Assembly: GCA_001873215.1 (NCBI GenBank)
Contig: MNYS01000008.1
Span: 66,657-130,656, forward strand
Direction of reading: 5' to 3'
Source of the DNA: Candidatus Levybacteria bacterium CG2_30_37_29
GTDB lineage: Bacteria > Patescibacteriota > Microgenomatia > Levybacterales > GWA1-39-11
DNA length: 64,000 nt
The notes below the pieces were generated by a model. It worked only from the letters and a program-made list of their open reading frames with translations. It was not told where the DNA came from and did not search any database. Both the position numbers and the translations under genes were made by a program. Every line of letters starts with the position of its first letter. The first letter of the stretch is position 1. This document shows, in pieces, positions 12,668 to 21,884 of the stretch.

Positions 12668-13339
12668 ATGTCAATTGAAGAATGGAATTTATATAAAACC
12701 GGTGAAAGAAATCCGGCAGATATTCGATATGAATCAAGATATTTATTGGTTGGAATTATTAATAGAGAATTAGCCGTAAAGATACATGGAGAAAAACCGG
12801 CAGAAGAATACCAGAATGATTTAGATATTCTTGTCTCCCACCATAATACAGGAGCAGATTGTGCATCTTATGATTACTTTGAACAATATGCTCCAAAACT
12901 TCAGAATGCACTTTGCGCAATTATGTTTAACTCCAGAGTAGAATTTAGCGCAAAAGTATTCAATAATCTTTTGAGCGCTGTGAAACCAAACAAAAAACTA
13001 AAAAAAGAAATACCGGTAACAAATCGCTCATTAACACTGGATGGCAGATATGATGATATTTTTGCCTTTGCACTAAAACAGCTTATTAGTGCCGGAGAAG
13101 CGGGAGTAGTAAAAGCTTGCAACGATATTCTTTCATCGCTTGAACGAGAAGATGTTCCGCTTTTAGGTTTTTCTGATACTGTTGCAGCAAGAATGGCAAA
13201 CGGAACGCATACGCCGGACGGAAGACTATTTTATTTATTACCTACAAAAATACCAAATATTGACGCAAAATATTTATATTCACCAGGACATCAATATCCG
13301 ACTGTTTCGCTTGTTGTAAAACCGTTTGATCAGGGTTAA
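12668..13339 (+). CDS. Hypothetical protein
   Basis: 223 aa ORF with TATAAT 7 nt upstream of ATG. Confidence 0.75.
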   Translation: MSIEEWNLYKTGERNPADIRYESRYLLVGIINRELAVKIHGEKPAEEYQNDLDILVSHHNTGADCASYDYFEQYAPKLQNALCAIMFNSRVEFSAKVFNNLLSAVKPNKKLKKEIPVTNRSLTLDGRYDDIFAFALKQLISAGEAGVVKACNDILSSLEREDVPLLGFSDTVAARMANGTHTPDGRLFYLLPTKIPNIDAKYLYSPGHQYPTVSLVVKPFDQG

Positions 13340-13382
13340 AGTTAATCGAACTAAATATTATTTAATCTATATATTAAAAGTT

Positions 13383-14036
13383 ATGACAGCAGAAAATAGT
13401 CCAAAAGATTTATTAACAATTGAAAGAAAAGCGTCAGCATACAGTGCAAAAAGAAAAGTTTTAAGAGCTGTTTGGAATGATGTTCCTATTTATTCAAACA
13501 CCGCGTTTGGAGATCTTGTTACTCAATTTAAATCTGGGGTTGACGTAGGGTCCGATGTTTTTTTTGAAAAAAACAGAGACATAATCATAGAATCCTTAGA
13601 TGCATTAAAAGCTACCGCAAAAACAGGATTTATAGAAACAGCATTTGATGCTCTGGATGAAGCCATAACCACATCTCCCGACAAAGCAACAACTATTCCA
13701 TTGTTTCCTCAAGCAGCCGACGTTACAGGACAGCAAACTCTGTTTGACGTTTATTCATATTTACAGACTGCCTTAAAAAAAGAACTTGCAGATTGTCAGA
13801 CCGCGGCACGATTAGCTTTGATTTCAGGAATAATTGAAGAACCAGATGTCTTCGCAAGGCTTGGACTTTTTCATCATGTTCCGGGAATAGATATTAAATC
13901 AATAGTAATCAAGCCAGACGAATACACCTTCAGAGCCCCAACAACAATAAAAGGAGTAGAAGTTAGAGTTATACACCCTAAAGATATAGAAAGCCCAAGC
14001 AAAACAAGCCTCATCTCAAACCCGTTAAGATTTTAA
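13383..14036 (+). CDS. Hypothetical protein
   Basis: Long ORF; ATG 13383 chosen to avoid overlap with the previous gene. Confidence 0.7.
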   Translation: MTAENSPKDLLTIERKASAYSAKRKVLRAVWNDVPIYSNTAFGDLVTQFKSGVDVGSDVFFEKNRDIIIESLDALKATAKTGFIETAFDALDEAITTSPDKATTIPLFPQAADVTGQQTLFDVYSYLQTALKKELADCQTAARLALISGIIEEPDVFARLGLFHHVPGIDIKSIVIKPDEYTFRAPTTIKGVEVRVIHPKDIESPSKTSLISNPLRF

Positions 14037-14117
14037 TAATTACAGGTCTATTCCGAAGAAAGAGTGGAGTAAACTCAAAATATCCTGTAGTAAAATAGGT
14101 TCCTTAGAATTATAGGA

Positions 14118-15341
14118 TTACCTGCTGTCAGAAAGTTTGTTGGCAACTTTATTAAACTGCGGCTGCATAGCTCTGATTATTTCTTCAAAACCCGGGTTTT
14201 TGCTTCCGTCCATTCTGGTAACTCCAAAGCTTCCTTGAACCTGATCGCTAATTGGCCTTTTAGGAAAGTCTTCATGCTTAAGTTCATCCGTATATTCATA
14301 AATAATTATTGCATTTGGCCGTGCCTTTAGAAGCTCATGAATTGTTTGGGTAATAATATCTTTTTGTGTTAAATTATTTAAATCACAGCCTACAGTGCAT
14401 ATCCCTGTTTCCGAAATGTAAATCGGAAGCTTAAATTTTCTGCGAATTTCTTCCACACGAATTGGAAGTTTTTTTATCTCCTCGGTATTTCCATCAGGGT
14501 ACAAATCTAGTGAAACTACATTTATGTATGGAAGAAGAGGTTCTATGAATTTTTCCCAATTTTCCTGCGTTTTATCATTCATGGGCCAACCTGATACATT
14601 GACGGTAATCGTAGCGCTTGGATCAATGGCTCTAATTGCATCGCTTGCCGCCCTTACATGAGATAAAATAAACTCCTGATCACGTTTTTCAAATGTATTC
14701 TCCGAATAATCCGCAGGGCTATGAAGATCAATTTCATTATTAATTTGCCAAATATTTATTTTATCTTTGTAACGCATCGCAAGTGTAGTAAAATAATCAT
14801 GTGTTATTTTTGTATACCCGTCCTTAGAAAAATTAGCCTCAACCGAAGGAGGACTTACAACTAAAAAGGTTTGCAATCCTTTATTGTATGTGTAATCAAT
14901 TGCTTCATCAAAAATTTTCAATTCTTCCTCATTCCACAATAATTTCCCGTTCAGAAGAGAAGATCCTTCCCACCGGGGAATATTAAATCTTATCCAAGAT
15001 TGGTTATTTGCAACCAATTCATCAACGGTTTTTTTAAATCTATTTACGTCCAAATTGTCAGGCTCTGCATTTGCATAGAGATGGGTATTAAACCCAAACT
15101 CCGTAGGAAAATCCGCTCCGTCACGCGCTATTCCCCCAACAATAACTTTGTACACCATACTTGAAGTATCAACTCCTTTTTGTAAATTGTCTTCAAGTTT
15201 TAACTCATAAGGATTTGTCTGCGGTATGGCAAAAGAGTTTTCGTTAGTAGAAACAAGTGCCCCTCCGGAAAGCGCAGCCGTAGCAAGCCCAACCCTTGCA
15301 GCATTTTTTATGACAGATGGCATCTTTTCTTTAATTTCCAT
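14118..15341 (-). CDS. Clan GH-A glycoside hydrolase (GH5/GH39-like), exported
   Basis: FGFNTH, WIRF, WQINNE acid/base, ISETG nucleophile, SFGV; hydrophobic N-terminal segment. Confidence 0.75.
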   Translation of the reverse strand: MEIKEKMPSVIKNAARVGLATAALSGGALVSTNENSFAIPQTNPYELKLEDNLQKGVDTSSMVYKVIVGGIARDGADFPTEFGFNTHLYANAEPDNLDVNRFKKTVDELVANNQSWIRFNIPRWEGSSLLNGKLLWNEEELKIFDEAIDYTYNKGLQTFLVVSPPSVEANFSKDGYTKITHDYFTTLAMRYKDKINIWQINNEIDLHSPADYSENTFEKRDQEFILSHVRAASDAIRAIDPSATITVNVSGWPMNDKTQENWEKFIEPLLPYINVVSLDLYPDGNTEEIKKLPIRVEEIRRKFKLPIYISETGICTVGCDLNNLTQKDIITQTIHELLKARPNAIIIYEYTDELKHEDFPKRPISDQVQGSFGVTRMDGSKNPGFEEIIRAMQPQFNKVANKLSDSR

Positions 15342-15342
15342 A

Positions 15343-16287
15343 TTATCTTCTATTGCCCTGGTGGAATTTGCGGTGGATTTCTTTTAGTTGCGGATTTGTG
15401 ACGTGGGTGTATATTTGTGTGGTAGAAATGTTTTTGTGTCCGAGCATTTCCTGAACCGAACGAATATCAGCTCCATTTGAAAGAAGATCTGTCGCAAATG
15501 AGTGCCTCATTGTGTGCGGAGTTGCTTTTATAGGAATTCTCGCAAGCCTTACATATTTTTCAACAATTCTCTCAACCGAGCGGGCCGTAAGCCGCATTTT
15601 TTCACCATTATTTTCAGCCATCACTTCTTTTGCATATCTTATAAAAATCGGCTTGAAAGGTTCTGTCCGCATCTCAAAATACTTTGAAAGCCAAAAGCAA
15701 GCACTATCAGACATAAATACCACACGCGCACGCCCACCTTTTCCGATTACCCCAAACTCTCTGGTATCAAAATTGATTGAGTCACGGTTAAGCTTTACTA
15801 GCTCTGAAACACGAAGACCGGTTGAAAAAAGCATTTCCAGAATTGCGCGGTCCCGAAGACTTTTCTGGTCATTTTTTGAAACATCCACTGCTTCAAAAAG
15901 TGTTTTAAGATGTTCTTGCTCCAAGAATTTGAGAGACTGGCTTTCACCTTTTGGCAAATCAATTTTTTCAGGAGCAAGCGTATCATAATCATTTCGAACC
16001 AAAAACCGTAAAAAAGAACGCAGAGCAATAATGTAATAGCTTTGCGTAATCCTTTTTAACCCCATCTGTTTTTCATTCACATAACCTGAAAGGTAAACTC
16101 TATATTTTCTTATAATGTCGATGTTTAAATCATTAATTGTTTTGCCGGGATATTCTTTGTGAAGCCAATCGCTAAATCTTGTTAAATACAATCTATAATT
16201 TCTGGTGGTAAGCTTTGAAGCATTTTTCTCAATTTCTAAATATTCAAGGAATGTTTGAATTAAAGGTTCGATTGCGTTTTCTTTCAT
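15343..16287 (-). CDS. xerC: Xer-family tyrosine recombinase
   Basis: RDRAILEMLFSTGLRVSEL, GKGGRAR, TPHTMRHSFAT, LGHKNISTTQIYTHV; XerC versus XerD not resolvable. Confidence 0.9.
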   Translation of the reverse strand: MKENAIEPLIQTFLEYLEIEKNASKLTTRNYRLYLTRFSDWLHKEYPGKTINDLNIDIIRKYRVYLSGYVNEKQMGLKRITQSYYIIALRSFLRFLVRNDYDTLAPEKIDLPKGESQSLKFLEQEHLKTLFEAVDVSKNDQKSLRDRAILEMLFSTGLRVSELVKLNRDSINFDTREFGVIGKGGRARVVFMSDSACFWLSKYFEMRTEPFKPIFIRYAKEVMAENNGEKMRLTARSVERIVEKYVRLARIPIKATPHTMRHSFATDLLSNGADIRSVQEMLGHKNISTTQIYTHVTNPQLKEIHRKFHQGNRR

Positions 16288-16303
16288 ATATTGCTCTTAC
16301 CAA

Positions 16304-16333
16304 ACTATAACATTTTGCGACATAAGATGTCTA
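16304..16333 (-). promoter_or_regulatory. xer promoter with a dif-like half-site in the spacer
   Basis: TAGACA-18-TATAGT (extended TG); spacer contains TCTTATGTCGCAAAA, 12/15 match to each arm of the 17269-17304 palindrome. Confidence 0.65.
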
Positions 16334-16342
16334 GCTGGCAGG

Positions 16343-16370
16343 TTGACAACGATTTTGACAAGCGTATAAT
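16343..16370 (+). promoter_or_regulatory. Consensus sigma70 promoter, divergent from xer
   Basis: TTGACA-16-TATAAT, 8 nt before ATG 16379. Confidence 0.75.
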
Positions 16371-16378
16371 ACAAATTA

Positions 16379-16945
16379 ATGAATAAGTTTTTGCTTGGAA
16401 TCGTATCGACAATTGTAGTTGTTGGAATTGTAGGTACGGCTTATTACTGGGGAACACAGCAAAAAACATTAAGCATTCAAAACCCTAGCGTCACACAACA
16501 ACCTCAAATTCAAATAACTACGGCAGCACAACTGACAAATACACCAACCGTTACAAATCCTCCTCAAGGAACATCCGACTTTGTAAATCCTAGTGCAACG
16601 ATTGCAAATATCGAAGCCAGCGTAAAGTCAAAAAATTATGCCGCGCTTGAAGGATATATGGCGCCAAGTGTTTCGGTTACTCTTGCGGCGAGCGAATGCT
16701 GCGGAACTCTTTCTCCGGCAAAAGCAACCGAACAATTATCTTATTTAAATAATGGCATTGAACCTTGGGATTTTATTGATAATAATCCAATTGCAACAAA
16801 ATTAAGAGCTGCCGATCCCACGAATTTTAAAGATGCGATTATCGGTACTGCAAGTAATAAATTTGCAGTAGGATTTACACTTAACAATAAGTATTTGATT
16901 AATAAGATTTTTATGGTAATTGACTACAAACTAATCGCTCCCTAA
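16379..16945 (+). CDS. Membrane-anchored hypothetical protein
   Basis: N-terminal TM helix, T/P/Q-rich linker, SECCG motif. Confidence 0.85.
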   Translation: MNKFLLGIVSTIVVVGIVGTAYYWGTQQKTLSIQNPSVTQQPQIQITTAAQLTNTPTVTNPPQGTSDFVNPSATIANIEASVKSKNYAALEGYMAPSVSVTLAASECCGTLSPAKATEQLSYLNNGIEPWDFIDNNPIATKLRAADPTNFKDAIIGTASNKFAVGFTLNNKYLINKIFMVIDYKLIAP

Positions 16946-17268
16946 CAATTTCCGTCTCCCAAGTCCTTTTTACTCTGAAGCTTACCTCTAGGATGCGATT
17001 TAAGAGGCCTTTCTTTTTTGAGATAAGTAATTTATCGCCTAATTTAGTTTAAACAAAAATAATACTTATTAATAAAATTAATTTATAAATTAAAATTTAT
17101 AATTAAAAATTGATAAATGTCCTATAGTAGGGTAGGGGCAAAATTTTATATTCCTTGTGGAAAAAAAGAGGATTGTTTTATAAGAGAAGGATAGACATAC
17201 AAAATATTATCAATTTTATTGCAAAATCGAGAAAAAACTACAAAAGGTGTCTTCCGCACGAATCGCCC

Positions 17269-17304
17269 TATCATGTCGTAAAAGTATTATTGTACGACAT
17301 AATA
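17269..17304. other. Putative dif site (chromosome dimer resolution)
   Basis: TATCATGTCGTAAAA-GTATTA-TTGTACGACATAATA: 15 bp arms 13/15 symmetric, 6 bp core, 1 kb from xer, at the point where gene orientation converges. Confidence 0.7.
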
Positions 17305-17691
17305 TATGTTACTACTCGTTGAGTGGGAAAGGCACGTTGCTCTTATAGTATAAAGTTACGTCGCAAAGAATTCGTTGATAAATAATATTTAAAACATTTC
17401 GTCTAATAAGCCACTCCTCCGGGGAGGGCGCAAATAGCGTTTCAAGTGCCCCTTAGCAGTTACTTTAATAAACTGACTATCGACAAATGCAATATTGCTA
17501 AACGGTAAAGTGAGAACGATTCAATTTAGCTTGATAATACAACATAATTTAACCTTTTAGCCTCGATTTTATTAGATTATTATATTATTTATTAACTCGT
17601 AGGCGTAGTTGTTATACAGGAAGAGCTTTCGTATTTTTTTCACTTTAGCCTCAATTAGTGCGTGCCTAGGCACGAAAAACGTCATCATGAA

Positions 17692-17724
17692 GTGCTTGCA
17701 CTGAGGAGCGCAGCGACGAATGTG
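17692..17724. repeat. REP-like element, TGCTTGCMCTGAG..CGAA family, copy 1
   Basis: GTGCTTGCACTGAG identical at 31566; related sequence at 53214. Confidence 0.7.
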
Positions 17725-17936
17725 TGAAAAGTTTAGCTTCCAGCCTCGTGAAAACTAATACCGCGTACTTGTTGATCATAAAAAAGTTTTCCACAAACAT
17801 GCAAATGTAAATAAATTATAGGATAGTTACTGCTTACTATCAAACTATATCATTTGAAGCAAAAAAATCTATACCACTCCTCTACTTTATTGTCTACCTA
17901 AAGTTTTTTTGATGAAGAAATTTTAAACTTTTAACT

Positions 17937-18740
17937 TTAAATTCCCCACTTTGAAAAAATTAAAAGAATTAAAACGGATAAAAAACCAACCCATACATAC
18001 TCCCATAAAATCCCCTTAAACAGTCTTTTTTCAATCCACGCATGAGAAAGTCCAATATATGTATAACAAATTCCGGTCAAAAAAATTGAATAAATTGCGG
18101 CATTTACAGGCCATACTATTAGAATAAGTGACAATTCAGCAACACAAAATGAAATAAGAATTGAAGAAATTGTGATTTCACCTAAAAGTTGTGTGTCTAG
18201 AGTATATGCCCAAAGTGATTGAAAATTCAGAAAAAATGACACTGTAAAAATAAGCAACGGAAGAATGTAAATTGGAAGCCTTAGAGAAAAACTTATGTTA
18301 ATTAAGAAAAACAAAGCGACAATAGTAACAACAAATGAAACTATACGCGCACTTCTTTGAAGATTGATTGTACGAATACCTGAAACAGCAAAAATGTTTT
18401 GTGTCAAAAATAGAGAATAAAGACCGAATCCATATACTCCGGTAAGAATAAGCCTAGTTAAAATTCGTGCAGGAATAAGCGAATAAAAAAGACTGAACGC
18501 CAATGTGTATAAAAAAGGAAGTATAAATATCGGATAATAAAAAGTATTTTTTATGTCTTCGCGCAATATCAGATACAAAAAAATGTTTGTAAGTATTGAA
18601 AGCGCAATAGCAAAGAAAATAAATTGCGACCCCGTAAAAAATTCTGATAAAAATAAGAACAAAGATAAAAATATAACCGTCGTAACAAGTTTTTGTCTCT
18701 TGTTAAGGAGTAAAAAAGTAAATATCTTATTTAATGCCAT
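17937..18740 (-). CDS. Polytopic membrane protein
   Basis: About 8-9 hydrophobic helices; downstream of ruvC. Confidence 0.85.
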   Translation of the reverse strand: MALNKIFTFLLLNKRQKLVTTVIFLSLFLFLSEFFTGSQFIFFAIALSILTNIFLYLILREDIKNTFYYPIFILPFLYTLAFSLFYSLIPARILTRLILTGVYGFGLYSLFLTQNIFAVSGIRTINLQRSARIVSFVVTIVALFFLINISFSLRLPIYILPLLIFTVSFFLNFQSLWAYTLDTQLLGEITISSILISFCVAELSLILIVWPVNAAIYSIFLTGICYTYIGLSHAWIEKRLFKGILWEYVWVGFLSVLILLIFSKWGI

Positions 18741-18757
18741 ATTGTGTGTGTCTCCCC

Positions 18758-19369
18758 CTACTTTTTCCGAGGTTTTTCTTTAGAAATTTTCTTTATTTTC
18801 TTTTTGTTGATTTTTTTCTTTGGCTCGGGGTGGTTAAATATATGCCCATCAAGCTTTAGCGCATGGTGAATTGCTATAGCAAGCGCGTCCGCCGAATCAT
18901 CAAACCCTTTATCCTTAGTATTAAAGGATAATTTTCTTTTTGTTTGACTAAGAAGCCTCCTAACGATTACCTGTAGATCTTTTTTTTCTGTTTTTCCGCT
19001 TCCTGAAAGATAATGTTTTACGGAAATACTTGTATACTCGAGTAATGGAAGACTGTTGTTTGCCGCAGACAGCATTACAACACCTCTTGCCTGCCCCACA
19101 GACATTGCCGTCCTAATATTTCTACCAAAAAATAATTGTTCAACGATAAGACAATGTGGTTTGTATTGATAAATTATACCTTCAAGCTCTTTATGTAAGA
19201 CAAGTAATCTCTCAGGCATTGTATCTTCTTTTTCGGTAACTATACATCCGTGAGCAACATATTCTATTGTAGGATTAGTTCCACCGGCGTCATTTTTTTT
19301 TATAACTCCCCAACCCGTACGGCCGGTTCCCGGATCTATTCCTAAAAAAATTGAAAGTGGTTTGGTCAT
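18758..19369 (-). CDS. ruvC: Holliday junction resolvase RuvC
   Basis: LGIDPG..TGWGVI, VEQLFF, VGQARGV, DDSADALAIA. Confidence 0.95.
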   Translation of the reverse strand: MTKPLSIFLGIDPGTGRTGWGVIKKNDAGGTNPTIEYVAHGCIVTEKEDTMPERLLVLHKELEGIIYQYKPHCLIVEQLFFGRNIRTAMSVGQARGVVMLSAANNSLPLLEYTSISVKHYLSGSGKTEKKDLQVIVRRLLSQTKRKLSFNTKDKGFDDSADALAIAIHHALKLDGHIFNHPEPKKKINKKKIKKISKEKPRKK

Positions 19370-20082
19370 TATGCTAAATTTGTATAAACTTTTTGCACGT
19401 CATCAAGTTCCTCAAGTTTTTCAACTACATTCATAACCTTTTCTCCAACTTCTTGACTAACTTCAATTGTTATCTTGGGCTTATATATTAATTCCGCTCC
19501 TTCTACTACAATATTCTTTTCTTCAAGTGCCTGTTTTACTTTGAAAAGATCTGCAAAATTAGTATAAAAATAAACTCTTAATTCATCTTCATCCATGTCT
19601 CCTGCTCCAACATCAAGACCTATTTCAAGTAATTCGTCAACGTTTTTACCGCTTTTTATAACTGTTATTTCGCCAAGTTTCTCAAAAAGATATGCAACGG
19701 AGCCTTGAGACCCCATACTCCCGCCGTTTTTTTCAAAAAGATTTTTTACTTCTGAAACAGTTCTCTGCTTATTATCAGTGATTGTTTGCACAATAATTGC
19801 TGTTCCGCCGGGACCAAAACCTTCATAGATATGTTCGTCCATTTCCGATTTTTCCCCACCACTTGCTTTTTGTACGGCGCGTTCAATACTGTCTTTCGGC
19901 ATATTGGAAGCACGAGCCTTATCAATTGCCAACCTGAGTTTAAAATTTGTAGAAGAATCCATACCTCCCTGTTTTGCAGCAATTGTTATTGCGTAAGAAA
20001 GCTTGGTGAAAAGTTGACCCTTTTTGGCGTCGGTTACTCCCTTTTGCCTCTTAATCGTGGACCATTTTGAATGACCTGACAT
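19369..20082 (-). CDS. yebC: YebC/PmpR family protein
   Basis: MSGHSKWSTIKRQKG, YEGFGPGG, DDVQKVYTN. Confidence 0.95.
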   Translation of the reverse strand: MSGHSKWSTIKRQKGVTDAKKGQLFTKLSYAITIAAKQGGMDSSTNFKLRLAIDKARASNMPKDSIERAVQKASGGEKSEMDEHIYEGFGPGGTAIIVQTITDNKQRTVSEVKNLFEKNGGSMGSQGSVAYLFEKLGEITVIKSGKNVDELLEIGLDVGAGDMDEDELRVYFYTNFADLFKVKQALEEKNIVVEGAELIYKPKITIEVSQEVGEKVMNVVEKLEELDDVQKVYTNLA

Positions 20083-20171
20083 AGATGTACATTATAGTCT
20101 TTTTCTATTGACTTTTCCAATAAAATTACTTACAATTTATCTCATTCAAAAGACTATACTTTTGATCAATA

Positions 20172-20846
20172 ATGAGTATACCTCTAAAAGACCAAGCCAT
20201 AAAGTCCGCCTTGGAAAACAATTGGAATGACGCCTACAAAATAAATTTTAGGCTGTTGGAAGAAAATCCAGAAGATATCGACACCCTCAACAGACTTGCT
20301 TTTTCTCTTATAAAACTCTCAAAGTTTAAACAAGCAAAAGATGCATACCAAAAAGTAATCCAGCTTGATAAAACAAACCCGATTGCCACTAAAAATCTAA
20401 AAAAACTTGAGACGATGTCAAAACAAAAAGGCTCAAAAAAATCCCTATCCGCTGATACCACAAACGCTAACACAAGTATGCCGCTTGACGAACTTTTTAT
20501 AGAAGAAACAGGAAAAACAAAAACAGTGGAACTGAAAAATGTAGCTGACAAAAAATCGCTTTCTCTTCTTCAGCCCGGCGATTTAGTTTGTCTTGCTGTA
20601 AAGCGCTCAAAAATTTTTATACAATCGTACGACAAAAAATATATAGGAATGCTCCCTGACAGTATCGGCATGAGGCTTATAACTTTTATAAAAGGTGGTA
20701 ACGAATATCAGGCATGCATTAAAGCACTTACGGAGAAAACTGTGATAGTCTTTATTAAAGAATCAAAAAAAATGTCCAAATTTAAAAACCAACAATCATT
20801 TACTGCTACTCCATTCATCCTATCCACATCTTCTATAAATGATTAG
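20172..20846 (+). CDS. TPR-repeat protein
   Basis: TPR-like NPEDIDTLNRLAFSL..AKDAYQKVIQLDKTNPIA; C-terminal FIEETGKTK domain. Confidence 0.8.
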   Translation: MSIPLKDQAIKSALENNWNDAYKINFRLLEENPEDIDTLNRLAFSLIKLSKFKQAKDAYQKVIQLDKTNPIATKNLKKLETMSKQKGSKKSLSADTTNANTSMPLDELFIEETGKTKTVELKNVADKKSLSLLQPGDLVCLAVKRSKIFIQSYDKKYIGMLPDSIGMRLITFIKGGNEYQACIKALTEKTVIVFIKESKKMSKFKNQQSFTATPFILSTSSIND

Positions 20847-20848
20847 CC

Positions 20849-20995
20849 CTATCTTTTAAAGAGTATTTTTGATCGGGCGAGGTCTTTTTTAACTTTCCTT
20901 AATTCTTTTGGGTGACTTATTTCCCTTCTAAGAGACAAAATAGCCCAAAAGAGGGATAGAATAAACATTGCAATAACACTAATCCAAAATGTCAT
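20849..20995 (-). CDS. Small membrane protein (48 aa), absent from the ORF track
   Basis: MTFWISVIAMFILSLFWAILSLRREISHPKELRKVKKDLARSKILFKR*; fills the gap exactly. Confidence 0.7.
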   Translation of the reverse strand: MTFWISVIAMFILSLFWAILSLRREISHPKELRKVKKDLARSKILFKR

Positions 20996-21026
20996 AGAAA
21001 AGATTTAAAAGATTATATCTTAAAAC

Positions 21027-21878
21027 CTAATTTTCTTCAAGGTTTTTGAGCTTGGAGGAAATATCATTTCCTAAAACAATTTTAATATCTGCTATCCCCT
21101 GTTCTACTTCTTTTGCCTCAAAAAGAAAAAGATTTTGTATTTTTTGTAAGCTTTTTGAGTTACTAGATGATTTTGTTATAAAAATTGCTGATGACCGATT
21201 CTCATCAGTTGAGCTAACAGATACTACGTCAAATCCTGTATTTTCCAGCATTTGAGCAACTTTTGATCCCAAACCATTTATCCCAGTACCATTTACAATC
21301 TCCACGCTTATTTTTTCATTAATAATATCCTGATCACCAAAAAAATTTGAAATAATAATATTTAACTCTGAATTATTATCTTTATAAGAAGAAATACTTT
21401 GTATTGTTTTTTCGTGGATATTTCGTTTCGGAACTTGTTTTGCCCAAAAATATAACTTAAGATAATCGTATAAATTCATTTGTAAAAGATGAACAGATGG
21501 ATTTGGAACAAAGATTGACAATACGGCTTGAACTGAAAGTAATTGTGTTTTTAGATCATTTATCTGATCCTTCTCGTTTGTGATTTGTCCGTCAAGAGGA
21601 ATATGCAAAAAAATGCTATTTTCTAACATAGAATTTTTTGAAATACCACTTTTGTCCTTCAACGCAAGAATTGAAAGAGTTGAAAGCTTATTATCAATTC
21701 GCATAACGTAAGCTTTTTTTGAAATCACAAGAACGGTGTATGACGAGTTACGAAATGTGCTTTCATTTACGAGTATTAGTGCTTTAATACTAATAGATAT
21801 AACAACTAATAAAAAAACGGATATTAAAAAAATTTGTAACAGAAATATACTGGAAAATTTTTTTGATGTGGTTTTCAT
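21027..21878 (-). CDS. LytR C-terminal domain protein
   Basis: VEIVNGTGINGLG..LENTGF..DIKIVLGND; N-terminal TM. Confidence 0.85.
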   Translation of the reverse strand: MKTTSKKFSSIFLLQIFLISVFLLVVISISIKALILVNESTFRNSSYTVLVISKKAYVMRIDNKLSTLSILALKDKSGISKNSMLENSIFLHIPLDGQITNEKDQINDLKTQLLSVQAVLSIFVPNPSVHLLQMNLYDYLKLYFWAKQVPKRNIHEKTIQSISSYKDNNSELNIIISNFFGDQDIINEKISVEIVNGTGINGLGSKVAQMLENTGFDVVSVSSTDENRSSAIFITKSSSNSKSLQKIQNLFLFEAKEVEQGIADIKIVLGNDISSKLKNLEEN

Positions 21879-21884
21879 ACCGTT

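Noticed and set aside
15343-16287. Phage or island integrase
   Set aside because: Length and motifs fit chromosomal Xer; no phage genes or att pair around it
17130-17428. GGGNAGGG KOPS-like octamers at 17130 and 17421
   Set aside because: Both are on the + strand on opposite sides of the dif candidate, so polarity does not flip; two copies are uninformative
17420-17500. Possible tmRNA 5' end and tag frame
   Set aside because: No matching 3' acceptor/T arm found, and the short frame lacks an Ala-Ala-type ending
16946-17936. oriC (AT tract plus two TTTTCCACA-type boxes)
   Set aside because: Only two boxes about 630 bp apart, no dnaA/dnaN nearby, and genes converge on rather than diverge from the region; not fully excluded without GC skew
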